Positions 27,233 through 37,215 of a stretch of 64,000 bases of DNA are shown in pieces (within the stretch, counting starts at the first letter, position 1; every line of letters begins with the position of its first letter). The stretch is from positions 1,088,001 to 1,152,000 of the forward strand of contig OY729426.1 of NCBI GenBank assembly GCA_963422365.1, in the 5' to 3' direction. Below the pieces are notes generated by a model. The model had not been told where the DNA came from, did no database searches, and worked only from the letters and a program-made list of their open reading frames with translations. The position numbers and the translations under genes were made by a program. The stretch is from Nitrospirales bacterium (GTDB lineage: Bacteria; Nitrospirota; Nitrospiria; Nitrospirales; UBA8639).

Positions 27233-27985
27233 TTGGAAAATCCACTGCATCCCTTTGAGCTTCATACGATGGTCCCCTTGTCCCTTTTCGGCCTCGATAT
27301 TTCAATCAACAAGGCTGTCATCGTCATGTTTTTGGTTGTGGGACTGGTCATCCTGTTGATGACGAAAGCCTGCCCGCGACATGGTGTATCGGGGGCGCGT
27401 TCGGCAGGATCCCTTGTCCCTACGAAGTTGCAAAGTCTGGCCGAAATACTGGTGGAGTTTATTCGCGGCATGATTCACGAGACCATGGGACCGGAAGGGA
27501 TGCGGTTTGTCCCGTTCATCGCGAGTCTCTTTTTGTTTATTTTAGGGTGCAATCTCTTGGGACTCATTCCCGGAGCCTATACGGTCACCAGTCAACTCGT
27601 TGTGACCGGCGTCTTTGCCTTGGGCGTGTATGCCCTCAGTATTATCGTCGGGCTGAAATTACACGGGGCCAAGTTTCTGGGCATTCTCGTGCCGCCGGGG
27701 ACGCCCGGTTGGTTGGTGCCGCTCATGATCCCCATTGAACTGATTAGTCAATTAGCTCGTCCTATTTCGTTGGCGGTTCGATTGTTTGCCAATATGACCG
27801 CCGGGCACGTCATTCTCGGGGTCCTCTTTGGATTGACGATGAGTGGTGGGCTGTTGATTGGGTGGCTGCCTTTTTCCTTTACCGTGGCGTTGTACGGATT
27901 GGAATTAGGGATTGCCTGTATTCAAGCCTACATCTTTACGATCTTGACGTGTGTGTATATGGGGGACGCGTTCCATCCTCATTAG
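27233..27985 (+). CDS. atpB: F0 ATP synthase subunit a
   Basis: NLLGLIP, PIELIS..RPISLAVRLFANMTAGH, IQAYIF. Confidence 0.96.
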   Translation: MENPLHPFELHTMVPLSLFGLDISINKAVIVMFLVVGLVILLMTKACPRHGVSGARSAGSLVPTKLQSLAEILVEFIRGMIHETMGPEGMRFVPFIASLFLFILGCNLLGLIPGAYTVTSQLVVTGVFALGVYALSIIVGLKLHGAKFLGILVPPGTPGWLVPLMIPIELISQLARPISLAVRLFANMTAGHVILGVLFGLTMSGGLLIGWLPFSFTVALYGLELGIACIQAYIFTILTCVYMGDAFHPH

Positions 27986-28085
27986 GTTCTGGTAAACGTC
28001 TGTCAAGGGAGTGCTCGTTGTTGCCGATGGTTACGGCAGAGAGTTTAGACCTTATTCACGATTTCACCAGGGAGAACACAACACA

Positions 28086-28316
28086 ATGGATTCTGCAGCG
28101 TCAGCATTATTGGGAATGGGGCTCGCAGCCGCAGGCTTTGCCGGCGCGGGTGTAGGCATCGGGTATATCTTCGGAAAAATGATCGAGGCGGTGGCCCGTC
28201 AACCAGAGGCGGAGGCACGGGTGGGCAAGTATATGTGGATCGGCTTTGCGTTAGTCGAAGCGATCGCGCTCTATGGGTTGGTGATCGCCTTTATCATTAT
28301 GGGCTTGAGAAAATAG
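28086..28316 (+). CDS. atpE: F0 ATP synthase subunit c
   Basis: GAGVGIG, ARQPE, ALVEA. Confidence 0.96.
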   Translation: MDSAASALLGMGLAAAGFAGAGVGIGYIFGKMIEAVARQPEAEARVGKYMWIGFALVEAIALYGLVIAFIIMGLRK

Positions 28317-28328
28317 GACCTGAACGTC

Positions 28329-28856
28329 ATGCCTCAATTCGACAGCCAGTTTTTTTCGTCCCTGATTTTTTGGGAACTCATCTCGTTTGGTATCCTTGCC
28401 TGGATTCTGTACAAATTCGCGTTTCCGCCGATTGTAGAAGCCCTGGAAACCCGTGAACGAAAAATCCGTGAGAGCATTGAACAGGCCGAGCACCATCGAC
28501 TAGCCGCCGAAGAGCGCTTACAAGCCTACGAAGCCAAGCTGAGCGGGGCTGCCCAAGAAGCTGAGGCGGTTATAGCGGAAGCGAAAGCCCAGGCTCAACG
28601 ATTGCTGGAGGAAAACGAGCAGCGGCTGCGAACCGATTCCGAGCGTATCAGGGCCGAGACTGCACGGGAAATCGAGCGGGAGCGACGAAAAACCCTCCAA
28701 GATATTCGAAGCGAGGCTGCGGATTTGGCCTTGATGGTGGCGGAAAAAGTCCTGGTGCGAAGTCTCTCGGATGATGATCATCGTCGTCTGGCCCAGGAAG
28801 CGTTGCACGCGATTGCCGCTGACGAATCTCAAGAGTCACCCTCAATAGTTGGTTAA
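28329..28856 (+). CDS. atpF: F0 ATP synthase subunit b
   Basis: N-terminal TM, PPI..LE.R, long coiled coil. Confidence 0.93.
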   Translation: MPQFDSQFFSSLIFWELISFGILAWILYKFAFPPIVEALETRERKIRESIEQAEHHRLAAEERLQAYEAKLSGAAQEAEAVIAEAKAQAQRLLEENEQRLRTDSERIRAETAREIERERRKTLQDIRSEAADLALMVAEKVLVRSLSDDDHRRLAQEALHAIAADESQESPSIVG

Positions 28857-28929
28857 AAGATTCCTCGCTTTGGTTGCCCCACTGCCTTGACTAACTCAGC
28901 AGCGTGGGACACGGAGATAGGAGCCACCC

Positions 28930-29202
28930 TTGTCTAACAATGACAAAGGATATTTGCAGATTGTGCTCGAACCCATCCGAGTATCCGCTGCGTACAAACC
29001 GAAATTCGGTCAAGGGAGCAGAGGCGGTGGTTTGTCGCCGGAGAAATTCCGAAATCTTTATCAGAACGACCCTTTCTATTGCTGGTTTGGCCTTGATACT
29101 ACGCTGATGTACACTGCCCATAAGGCATCCGGCGGCATGACGAGTGTCTAGAGACAGATTGGAATCGGCTGTGAGAAGCTATTCCGTACCATCTTGCAGG
29201 AC
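28930..29202 (+). pseudogene. Putative type II restriction endonuclease N-terminal fragment
   Basis: YKPKFGQG..DPFYCWFGLD..AHKASGGMTSV*RQIGIGCEKLFR with an internal TAG at 29149-29151; runs in frame into a methyltransferase fragment. Confidence 0.5.
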
Positions 29203-30230
29203 TTACCTTGGCCTTTCTGCGGAACTGGGATAACGGCTCTTTGTGCGGCTTACCACGGCTACAATGCGGTAACGACGGACATCAATACTTTTTTGGTTTG
29301 GTTCAGTTGTACCAAGATCGACTGTTATTCTTCACGGTTGATTGCTGATCTGAGGCCAGCTGGCCCTACGCTATGCGACGATATTCGTTATGAAAGAGTG
29401 CCCAAAGTACCGGCCCCGCCTATGCACAACCTCGAGCGATGGTGGAGCCCCGTCGATTGCGATTTTCTTGGTGCATTCAAGGGAGCGATAGATGCCGGAT
29501 TTGCCAAGAACGATAAGCGACATTCTTGTCTGTTGGTTGCGTTTTGTCGGACGCTGCTTGATCTTTCCAATGCCGCTTTTCATCACCAGCCAATGTCTTT
29601 CAAATCAAATTTCCAACCTACTGCTGATTTCGATACTGACTTAGAAAGAGTATTTCTTCGCTATCTAGGCATCGTTCTTGACGGGGCCGAACACAACCCG
29701 ACGGGTCAGGTAAAGGCGCACGTGCTGATGCCCGTCGGCTGTTCAAGGAAGACACGGGGTTGGTTGATTGCGTCATTACCTCTCCGCCGTACGTGAACCG
29801 AATGTCATACGTTCGCGAGCTTCGCCCCTCCATATACTGGCTTGGCTACATCATGCATGGCCGTGATGCAGGCGAAATGAACTGGGAAGCGATTGGCGGA
29901 ACGTGGGGCGTTGCGACCAGCAGATTGAATGAGCGGCGGCTCCCGTCAGACGGCTTCACATCGAAGCTCCTGCAACAAACCGTAGAAATCATCGGAGATG
30001 ATGAGAATAAGAATGGTCAACTTTTGGGAAACTACGTGTTGAAATATTTCGATGATATGTGGAGCCATTTTCAATCTCTCATCGGTGGACTCAATGATGG
30101 AGCCAGGCTTCACTCTATCGTCGGCAACTCAACGTTCTATAACGTTCTCGTTCCCGTTGAGCAGGTGTACGCGGAGATGTTGTCCCAACTCGGCTTTTCT
30201 AACGTGGTATGTGTCCCCGTTTCGGGTATA
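29203..30230 (+). pseudogene. Amino-DNA methyltransferase (N4-C type) remnant
   Basis: PFCGTG (motif I) in one frame and VITSPPY (motif IV) in another; frameshift near 29720; N-terminus missing. Confidence 0.75.
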
Positions 30231-30332
30231 CCTTGGGAACAGGAACGCGTCTGCAATGATGGTGCGGCATCGCAGGTTGAACGCTTCGCCGTGTCGGCAT
30301 CCTCGGTCGCAAATTTGAGCAAGACGGCGCTT

Positions 30333-31196
30333 TCACCTCTCGCTGAGACCAGGGGTGAGAAATTCAGGTTGCCGCACGCCTCCGCCCAGCCGATAGCCTT
30401 CCAAGTCTAACGTGACGAATTGAAACCCGAGTGTTTTCAATCCTTGGGTCATGCGGTGACGTCGAACGGGCTCAAGAAAATCGGAGAGTTCTTTCGGGTC
30501 CACCTCGATGCGCGCGATGCCTTCATGATCGCGGACGCGAACAAGCCTGAATCCTTCCTCCCGCAACAAGCGCTCGGCTTGTCCCACGCGCTGTAACTTT
30601 TGTTCGGTAATCCTTGTGCCTCGAGGAATACGAGAGGACAGACAGGCAGCTGCGGGCTTGTCCCAGTTGGATAAGCCCAAGGTTTTGGCCAGGGTGCGAA
30701 TGTCAGCCTTACGAAACCCAGTTTCCACCAACGGGCTGCGAACGCCAAACTGTTGGGCCGCCTGCATCCCCGGTCGATCATCGCCCAAGTCGTCGACGTG
30801 AGTACCATCGACAATCGTGGAAATTCCCGTTTTTTGTTTGATGGGAGCAAAAAGCTGATACAGATCGCTTTTGCAGTGATAGCATCGCATCGAGTCGTTG
30901 CGAACAAAATCCTCGATGTTCAGTTGATTCGTTGAGGCTACGATCAACCGTGCCCCAATATCTTCACTCAGTTGCCGAACGGTCTCCAACTCCTCGTGCG
31001 GCAAGGTGGGCGAAGCGGCGGTGACGGCGGTAGCCCGGGGACCTAAGACGTCCGAGGCTATTTTGAGGACGAGGGTGCTATCGACTCCTCCGGAAAATGC
31101 GACCAGCGCGCCCTCCAGCCCTTGAAACAAGTGAAGAAGGTTCGCCGCTTTGCTCTGAAGGCCTTTGGGAAGGGGAGGCAGTCGCAATGCTTGCAT
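30333..31196 (-). CDS. larE: ATP-dependent sacrificial sulfur transferase LarE family
   Basis: AFSGGVDS PP-loop, RCYHCK, DDLGDDRPG, WDKPAAACLSSR. Confidence 0.9.
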   Translation of the reverse strand: MQALRLPPLPKGLQSKAANLLHLFQGLEGALVAFSGGVDSTLVLKIASDVLGPRATAVTAASPTLPHEELETVRQLSEDIGARLIVASTNQLNIEDFVRNDSMRCYHCKSDLYQLFAPIKQKTGISTIVDGTHVDDLGDDRPGMQAAQQFGVRSPLVETGFRKADIRTLAKTLGLSNWDKPAAACLSSRIPRGTRITEQKLQRVGQAERLLREEGFRLVRVRDHEGIARIEVDPKELSDFLEPVRRHRMTQGLKTLGFQFVTLDLEGYRLGGGVRQPEFLTPGLSER

Positions 31197-31225
31197 CAGG
31201 TTCCTTGGATGAGTGTGGGAGCAGT

Positions 31226-32272
31226 TCACGCGGACAGTTTTCCAAGTTGCCCGCATGCCCCCCATACATCACGCCCACGATTTTGTCGAATGAAGACATC
31301 ATACCCCTTTTGCCGGAGGATCGTCTGGAATGTCGCAATGACGGTGTCCGTCGGTCGACGGAATGGGCTATTCGGAAATTCATTGAACGGAATGAGATTG
31401 ATTTTACAACGAATACCTTGAAGCAGTCGGCTCAGGCGGATGGCGTCGTCTGCCGAATCGTTTTCCTCTCTTAATAACACATACTCAAACGTTAAGTGAC
31501 GGTTCGCCGGTACCGGGTAGGCCCGGCACGCCGCGAGTAGGTCGGGTAAGGGGCACAGACGATTCATCATCGGCATGAGCCGGTCTCGCTGCTCAGAAGT
31601 CGAGGCGTTTAATGAAATCGCCACGTTCACCCCGAGCGTGGCTACGGCGTGAAGTCGTTGAGAAAATCCTGCCGTCGAAATCGTCATGCGTCTTTTGGGA
31701 AAGCCCATCCCCCACTTGGTATTGGTCAACCGCATGAGGGCATCCGAGACTTCATCAAAATTGGCTAGAGGTTCGCCCATGCCCATGAACACCAGAGACG
31801 TGATGCGGTGTCCGGGTCGGAGCAGATCCTGGGCCGTCAAAATTTGATCAACAATTTCATGCGCCTTCAAATTTCGCTTGAGTCCCATTTGTCCTGTAAC
31901 GCAAAAGCGACAGTCCAAGGTGCACCCAACTTGGGTTGAAATACATTGGGTCAACCGCTCCCCATCCGGGATGAGAACACTTTCAATGGTCAGGCCGTCT
32001 TGGAGGGAAAACAGTAATTTTTGGGTCCCATCGACGCTTTGGAAAAGAGTCGGAGACTCCAATCGTTCAATAATGGCCCCATTCCCAATCGCCTCCCGAT
32101 CTTTCCATGACAGGTTACTCATCTGGGCGATGTCTCGAATCCGGTGTTGGTAAATCCACTGAAGGATTTGTTTGGTCCGATAGGATGGCCAACCCAACTG
32201 TGTAACGAGGGAAGCCATTTTCTCAAAATCGAGAGCAATAAGATTAGTTGGTGTTGACGTGACAGTAGTCAT
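31226..32272 (-). CDS. rlmN: 23S rRNA A2503 C2-methyltransferase (radical SAM)
   Basis: CISTQVGCTLDCRFC, MGMGEP, FEYVLL, NLIPFN, ACGQL. Confidence 0.95.
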   Translation of the reverse strand: MTTVTSTPTNLIALDFEKMASLVTQLGWPSYRTKQILQWIYQHRIRDIAQMSNLSWKDREAIGNGAIIERLESPTLFQSVDGTQKLLFSLQDGLTIESVLIPDGERLTQCISTQVGCTLDCRFCVTGQMGLKRNLKAHEIVDQILTAQDLLRPGHRITSLVFMGMGEPLANFDEVSDALMRLTNTKWGMGFPKRRMTISTAGFSQRLHAVATLGVNVAISLNASTSEQRDRLMPMMNRLCPLPDLLAACRAYPVPANRHLTFEYVLLREENDSADDAIRLSRLLQGIRCKINLIPFNEFPNSPFRRPTDTVIATFQTILRQKGYDVFIRQNRGRDVWGACGQLGKLSA

Positions 32273-32636
32273 GGCAATGATGGGTGAAGAATTGAGAAAC
32301 CCTATCATAGTTGAGAAATTCACCACAACAAATCCACAGCATACACAATTCACGAAGTCATCCCATGGCACCTTCGGATGGACCATGAGGCCATCGTTCT
32401 TCATCATACATGATGGTTTCCATATTTTGTGGATGGGGAGAAATACTACAAAATCTAGGCTTAGAAATATTGTGTGACAATAAGTTCTTTATAGTATCAG
32501 ATGCTAAAAAAAGTTTATTAAAATTAAAAAATACTAAGTTGTCTTAAAATTTTATTCATTTAAATCGATTCAAAAATCTAACAAGTTATGATTGACTTGC
32601 TTTAGATGTCATGATAAAAGCAAGCAAGAATAAAGC

Positions 32637-33173
32637 TTGATTATGGAAGAAATTAGAGATGAACTGAAGGATATTATTGTTGGCTTGGAGCAACGCATTA
32701 CTGCGTATGAGACCAAGCTCAAAGACTTCAAGAAAAAAAAGGAGAGGCTCAATGAAGAAATTGCGACCATTGAGAAATACTTGGAGTTGGCAAAGACGTT
32801 ATATCGAGTTGAAGCGGACAAAGCAAAATTGGCCAGTCTCTCCAGTCAAATCATTTCTGATGAAACAGGTGCACAGCCATTGCCGGTCATGGATGTCACA
32901 GATCAATCCAGGGAAATTCTTCTGGGACGAAGCAAGTACGTGGGCATGAGTGTCCCTGATGCCGCGTTTATCATTTTGCGGGAAACGCGAGGGCCGATGC
33001 ATGCGAAAGAATTGTGTCATCGTCTCATTGAGGGAGGGATACAGATCCGAGGAAAAACGCCGGTAATTTCAATCGCCACGTCCCTTAAACGAGACCCTCG
33101 TTTTAAAAAAGTTGCACCAAATACATTTGAGAATGTTGAGCCAACTGAGAGACCTTTGACCCAGGCCGTATAA
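32637..33173 (+). CDS. Coiled-coil plus C-terminal winged-helix (HARE-HTH-like) protein
   Basis: N-terminal heptad region; AAFIILRE..PMHAKEL...GKTP..SI...L..D.RF. Confidence 0.7.
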   Translation: MIMEEIRDELKDIIVGLEQRITAYETKLKDFKKKKERLNEEIATIEKYLELAKTLYRVEADKAKLASLSSQIISDETGAQPLPVMDVTDQSREILLGRSKYVGMSVPDAAFIILRETRGPMHAKELCHRLIEGGIQIRGKTPVISIATSLKRDPRFKKVAPNTFENVEPTERPLTQAV

Positions 33174-33281
33174 AATCAAAGACTTGGTTTGGGGTTCTCC
33201 TGGCCGAGAGGTCGAGAGTGAATCGATGAACAAAAGCGTATCTAATGATCATTCCCTCAATACTGGAAGGAGGTGAGACAG

Positions 33282-33425
33282 TTGGCAACAGCAAAGAAGG
33301 CTCCGGCTAAGAAAAAAGCCGCCAAGAAGAAAGCACCGGCCCTCAAAAAAGCACCAGCCAAGAAAAAAGCACCAGCCAAGAAAAAAGCACCAGCCAAGAA
33401 AAAAGCACCAGCCAAGAAACGGTGA
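33282..33425 (+). CDS. 47-aa histone H1-like Lys/Ala/Pro-rich protein (below the ORF-track cutoff)
   Basis: AAGGAGGTG RBS, TTG start; MATAKKAPAKKKAAKKKAPALKKAPAKKKAPAKKKAPAKKKAPAKKR; 18-bp tandem repeat GCACCAGCCAAGAAAAAA. Confidence 0.8.
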   Translation: MATAKKAPAKKKAAKKKAPALKKAPAKKKAPAKKKAPAKKKAPAKKR

Positions 33426-33449
33426 TACCCCTCCTTTCATAACGACACT

Positions 33450-33492
33450 GCTGGGAGTAGACGGGTCTACTCCCAGCCAGCCTCACTTTTTA
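33450..33492 (+). terminator. Hairpin, probable terminator
   Basis: GCTGGGAGTAGAC-GG-GTCTACTCCCAGC followed by a T-run a few nt later. Confidence 0.55.
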
Positions 33493-33568
33493 TGTTCCCA
33501 AGAGAGAAGATCTCACCCGTTCTCAGGTTTTGCTTCCCGAAGGAGAATGGGCGTACAATCGTGCATGC

Positions 33569-34360
33569 ATGTCTCCTTCCTCGTTTCTAACGCTGCTGCA
33601 TCGGCAGTGTGCTTTTCCGAGGCGCCCTGGCGTGGTGGTCTCGATCCCACTGATGGAATATGAAGCAGCCCGTCAGTTCCAATGGCGTCTTCACGATGAA
33701 CGGATTGCGGATATTCGACCGGACACGTTGGTGTTGTTGGAACATGAGCCGGTGATGACGCTCGGCCGGACAACGAGGAAAGCGCATTGGAGCGGACAGC
33801 GTGCTGTGTTCAGGAATCAAGGCCTTCAGGTGATTGAAAGTGAGCGCGGCGGTTCCGTGACCTATCACGGACCAGGGCAGGTAGTGGGGTATCCGATTGT
33901 GATGCTCAGACGTTTTTGCTCAGGCCCGAAGGCATATGTGCGAATGTTGGAAGAGGTGATCATTCGAGTGTTGGCGGAATGGGGGATCAAAGGATACCGC
34001 GTGGGAAAGTTTGTCGGCGTGTGGGTGGAAGATCCTACGAATCCCGATGGGCCTTTAGCCAAAATTGCGGCGCTGGGTGTGAAGGTTGCTCGTGGGGTGA
34101 CCTTGCATGGCTTTGCGTTCAATGTCACGGTCAATCTTGAGCCATTTACCGGTATCGTGCCGTGCGGCATTGAAGGCTGCCGCGTGACATCGATGGCGGA
34201 AGTGTTGCGTCGGGAGGTTGAGCTTGCCAAGGTCCGTCACCAAATCGCACGGTCTTTTGGGGAAGTGTTTGGGCTGGAATGGAAGGAATCCTTGTTACAA
34301 GCCCCACCCGCCGCTGACGTGAATATTTGTTCCCGTCACATACCGAGCCTCATCGGATAA
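33569..34360 (+). CDS. lipB: Lipoyl(octanoyl) transferase
   Basis: LEHEPVMTLGR, RGGSVTYHGPGQVVGYPI, KIAALG, HGFAFNV, IVPCG. Confidence 0.93.
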   Translation: MSPSSFLTLLHRQCAFPRRPGVVVSIPLMEYEAARQFQWRLHDERIADIRPDTLVLLEHEPVMTLGRTTRKAHWSGQRAVFRNQGLQVIESERGGSVTYHGPGQVVGYPIVMLRRFCSGPKAYVRMLEEVIIRVLAEWGIKGYRVGKFVGVWVEDPTNPDGPLAKIAALGVKVARGVTLHGFAFNVTVNLEPFTGIVPCGIEGCRVTSMAEVLRREVELAKVRHQIARSFGEVFGLEWKESLLQAPPAADVNICSRHIPSLIG

Positions 34361-35029
34361 CAAATACTTCACAGCCGAGACGGTATCTTTCACGTCGCCA
34401 ATGTACCCGGCCGGCACTTTTTGGGCCATACCATCGAGTTCTTCTGGTGGGGCACTCCCTGAATCAATAAAGCCTGGTGAAATCGCATTGACCGTAATCC
34501 CATCCGGGGCCAACATTTTCGCCAGGGTTCGCGTAAGGATCAGGATGCCTACCTTGGCGATATAGTGTGCCGTGACCATAGACTGGGCTTCTATCTTGTC
34601 CGCGTTGGCCATGCTGAACGAAATGATTCGGCCGGACTTTCGCTCTTTCATGCCAGGCGCAACTGCCTGGGCTAAATAAAAAATCGGGTGCAGGTTATTG
34701 GTGAACATGTCCGCCCAGCCTTCTGGTGTTTCGTTGAATAAATTGACCCGATGATACGGTCCCGCCCCATTCACCAGGACGTCAAGCTTTCCCCATTGCC
34801 CCTCAACCTGCTTGACCAAATCTTTGCAGGCCGTAGGATCAGAGACATCGCAGCGAACGGCGATCCCTTGGCCGCCTTGTGCGATGATGGCCTTTGTGGT
34901 GGTTTCAGCTTCTTGTGCGCTGGTTCGATAGCAAAGGGCAATAGCCCATCCCTGTGCTGCCAGATTGAGTGCAATCCCTTTTCCAATGCCGCGTGCGCCA
35001 CCGGTGATCAGTACGACGTTTGGTTTCAT
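34295..35029 (-). CDS. Short-chain dehydrogenase/reductase
   Basis: TGGARGIG, LVNGAG, Y...K, VNAISPG. Confidence 0.88.
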   Translation of the reverse strand: MKPNVVLITGGARGIGKGIALNLAAQGWAIALCYRTSAQEAETTTKAIIAQGGQGIAVRCDVSDPTACKDLVKQVEGQWGKLDVLVNGAGPYHRVNLFNETPEGWADMFTNNLHPIFYLAQAVAPGMKERKSGRIISFSMANADKIEAQSMVTAHYIAKVGILILTRTLAKMLAPDGITVNAISPGFIDSGSAPPEELDGMAQKVPAGYIGDVKDTVSAVKYLLSDEARYVTGTNIHVSGGWGL

Positions 35030-35175
35030 CAACGTTCCCCCTTCAACGAACGGGTTGACTTGACAATCGAGCAGGCCCTGCACTCCGGCCTTTTGCCCAA
35101 CGGGAAGAGTCAGCAAATTGGCATTGAGAACCTCGTGAAGTCTTGAAGTAGGGCACTGGTTCCTCCAGTCGTCTG

Positions 35176-35943
35176 TTACGTGGCCGAAGGGTTCCCATGC
35201 CTTTGGATCAATGCGTGAAACACGTTGCCCGTTCGAGTCGACAAGGTCTTATTGCCGGATCCGGTTTCTTCGTGCAAAAAGGCCTGCATATCGTCAAAGG
35301 TATCGATATCGCGTTCGGGAGCCAATAGCTCGATAGCAAGCCCCACTTGTGCAGCACGTGCTTGGCTTTGGGTGAGGACGCTGTCGGTAGACCAAGAGAT
35401 AGTGGCAAAGAGTTCAGGGACGGGGTTTTTCGTTCCTACCAAATAGTAGCCTCCATCTTTCGTGGGACCCAACACCACATCTGTGGCTTGCAAGACCTCT
35501 TTTGCGTGGTGATAGTGTCGACTGGAAAGCGTGGGAATATCCGTTCCAACCAGCAAGGCGTACGCGTACCCACGGGTGAACATGGCGGTGAGGGCATGAT
35601 CCATGCGCTGTCCAAGACCCTCACCCATTTGGTCGCACAAGTGAATGCGATGCCTGGCCGCCAACGTTTGAAAAAACGGATGGTCCATGCTGGGCGTGCA
35701 GGCCAAGAAAATATCAAACCCCCGAAGCGACTGGGTCTGTTCCACGGTATCCATAACCATACTCCCGTGCAGACTCGCTGCCTCATCGGGGGCTAGGGGA
35801 GGACACATGCGCGTTTTCACTTCTCCGGGCACCGGCGCCTTGGCAAAAATAATGATCGCCCCCTCAGCAGGCCCTGAAGATGGCCTGTCTCTCCTTTTGC
35901 GGTGGTCTTGATGAGATGAAGCAGTGTTACCTGATCGAGACAT
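35176..35943 (-). CDS. DUF2064 / TIGR04282-type glycosyltransferase-like protein
   Basis: IFAKAP.PG.VKTR, LGQRM, GTDIP, VLGP..DGGYYL, DIDT. Confidence 0.85.
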   Translation of the reverse strand: MSRSGNTASSHQDHRKRRDRPSSGPAEGAIIIFAKAPVPGEVKTRMCPPLAPDEAASLHGSMVMDTVEQTQSLRGFDIFLACTPSMDHPFFQTLAARHRIHLCDQMGEGLGQRMDHALTAMFTRGYAYALLVGTDIPTLSSRHYHHAKEVLQATDVVLGPTKDGGYYLVGTKNPVPELFATISWSTDSVLTQSQARAAQVGLAIELLAPERDIDTFDDMQAFLHEETGSGNKTLSTRTGNVFHALIQRHGNPSAT

Positions 35944-36631
35944 ACAATTGATGCAAAAATTTGGGGTGTATGCCGATCCAGTACAAAAAGCGGAGGATCC
36001 ACATATGCAGAATGGTGCGGAGGGCACCCTGTTGCTCCCATCGTCGAAACGACGTGGTCACCTTGGTGCGTAAGGCTGCAACGGATCCTGCGCGCTTGAG
36101 GCGTTGCAGCAACTCGATGTCTTCCATCAAGGGCACGTCGGCAAACCCGCCTAGGTCGTCAAACACGGCGCGACGAACGAAAATCGCCTGATCCCCTGTG
36201 GCAATGCCGGACCAGCGTGATCGCCAATTCATCAGACGACTGATGAGCCAGGCCCACCCGCGGTCGTCTTCGAATCGTACGTCGAATCGTCCCCCCACAT
36301 ACTTGGGATTCTCCAAGACTCGGCCGATCTCATGTCGCGTCTCTGGTGGAAGAAGCGTGTCGGCATGCAGAAAAAGCAGAACGTCGGATCGAGTTTCCTC
36401 TACGCCGGCATTCATTTGTTTGGCACGCCCCTGCTCCGATGCAATAACCTTTGCGGGTTGCCGGCTGAGCCCATGCAACTGGTTCTGCGCAATGCAAACC
36501 GTCTGGTCCCGGCTGCCACCATCCACGAGGATCACTTCATTCAATCGAAGCTGTCGAAGAGCGAGGAGCGTCCGTGGCAGGGCTCGTTCTTCGTTCAAGG
36601 TTGGAATCACGACGGCGATTGAAGTGGGCAT
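35927..36631 (-). CDS. GT2 glycosyltransferase, TIGR04283 type
   Basis: VIPTLNEE, VDGGS.D, GRAKQMNAG, FLHADT, GDQAIF, PLMED. Confidence 0.88.
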   Translation of the reverse strand: MPTSIAVVIPTLNEERALPRTLLALRQLRLNEVILVDGGSRDQTVCIAQNQLHGLSRQPAKVIASEQGRAKQMNAGVEETRSDVLLFLHADTLLPPETRHEIGRVLENPKYVGGRFDVRFEDDRGWAWLISRLMNWRSRWSGIATGDQAIFVRRAVFDDLGGFADVPLMEDIELLQRLKRAGSVAALRTKVTTSFRRWEQQGALRTILHMWILRFLYWIGIHPKFLHQLYVSIR

Positions 36632-36741
36632 GTTGCGTTGCTGTCCGGCAGGATGAGTGAACAAGGAAGAGTCCTGGGCGATGAGAAAAAAACGGCCCTT
36701 CCTCACGGTTGCCCCATCACTCAATCTCTGGTTCAAATCCG

Positions 36742-37212
36742 CTACGACGGCTTGGATGGTTGCTTGGGATTCTGAAACATGAAATAGACCACCAAAGCAA
36801 TGGTGCCCCAGTAGATAACGTATTTATGCCAAAAGAGCACTTCGCCAAGTTGGATGAATGCCAAGATGCAGAGGAGGGAAAAGGCAATCACCCCGTACCG
36901 AACAGCGGGGATTGTCACGGAAGAATAGGCCCAAAGGGCCAGACCCGCAAAATACAAGATCATGGGAAAGATTGAAATCTCCGCGCCGATACCGACAGAC
37001 AGAAAAACCTGAATAAAACCGATGAACACCATAGCGGAGCCCACCATCTTCATGGCCACTTTCATTTGCAGGGCTTCGTGTGCTTCTTGGTCCACTTCCG
37101 ATTTCGCATGTGGCGGTCCCACGGGGATACCGGGCACCTGACGTCTGGATGGTTCAGGCGTCTCGGAAAGGTTGGGAGGGTCTGGGATTTGCTGTTTTGT
37201 CTCTTGTGCCAT
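36742..37212 (-). CDS. Hypothetical membrane protein
   Basis: Four hydrophobic segments; operonic position. Confidence 0.65.
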   Translation of the reverse strand: MAQETKQQIPDPPNLSETPEPSRRQVPGIPVGPPHAKSEVDQEAHEALQMKVAMKMVGSAMVFIGFIQVFLSVGIGAEISIFPMILYFAGLALWAYSSVTIPAVRYGVIAFSLLCILAFIQLGEVLFWHKYVIYWGTIALVVYFMFQNPKQPSKPS

Positions 37213-37215
37213 GAG

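Noticed and set aside
33249..33440. Minus-strand ORF with FFLGWC repeats
   Set aside because: Antisense shadow of the Lys/Ala-rich gene, which has the RBS.
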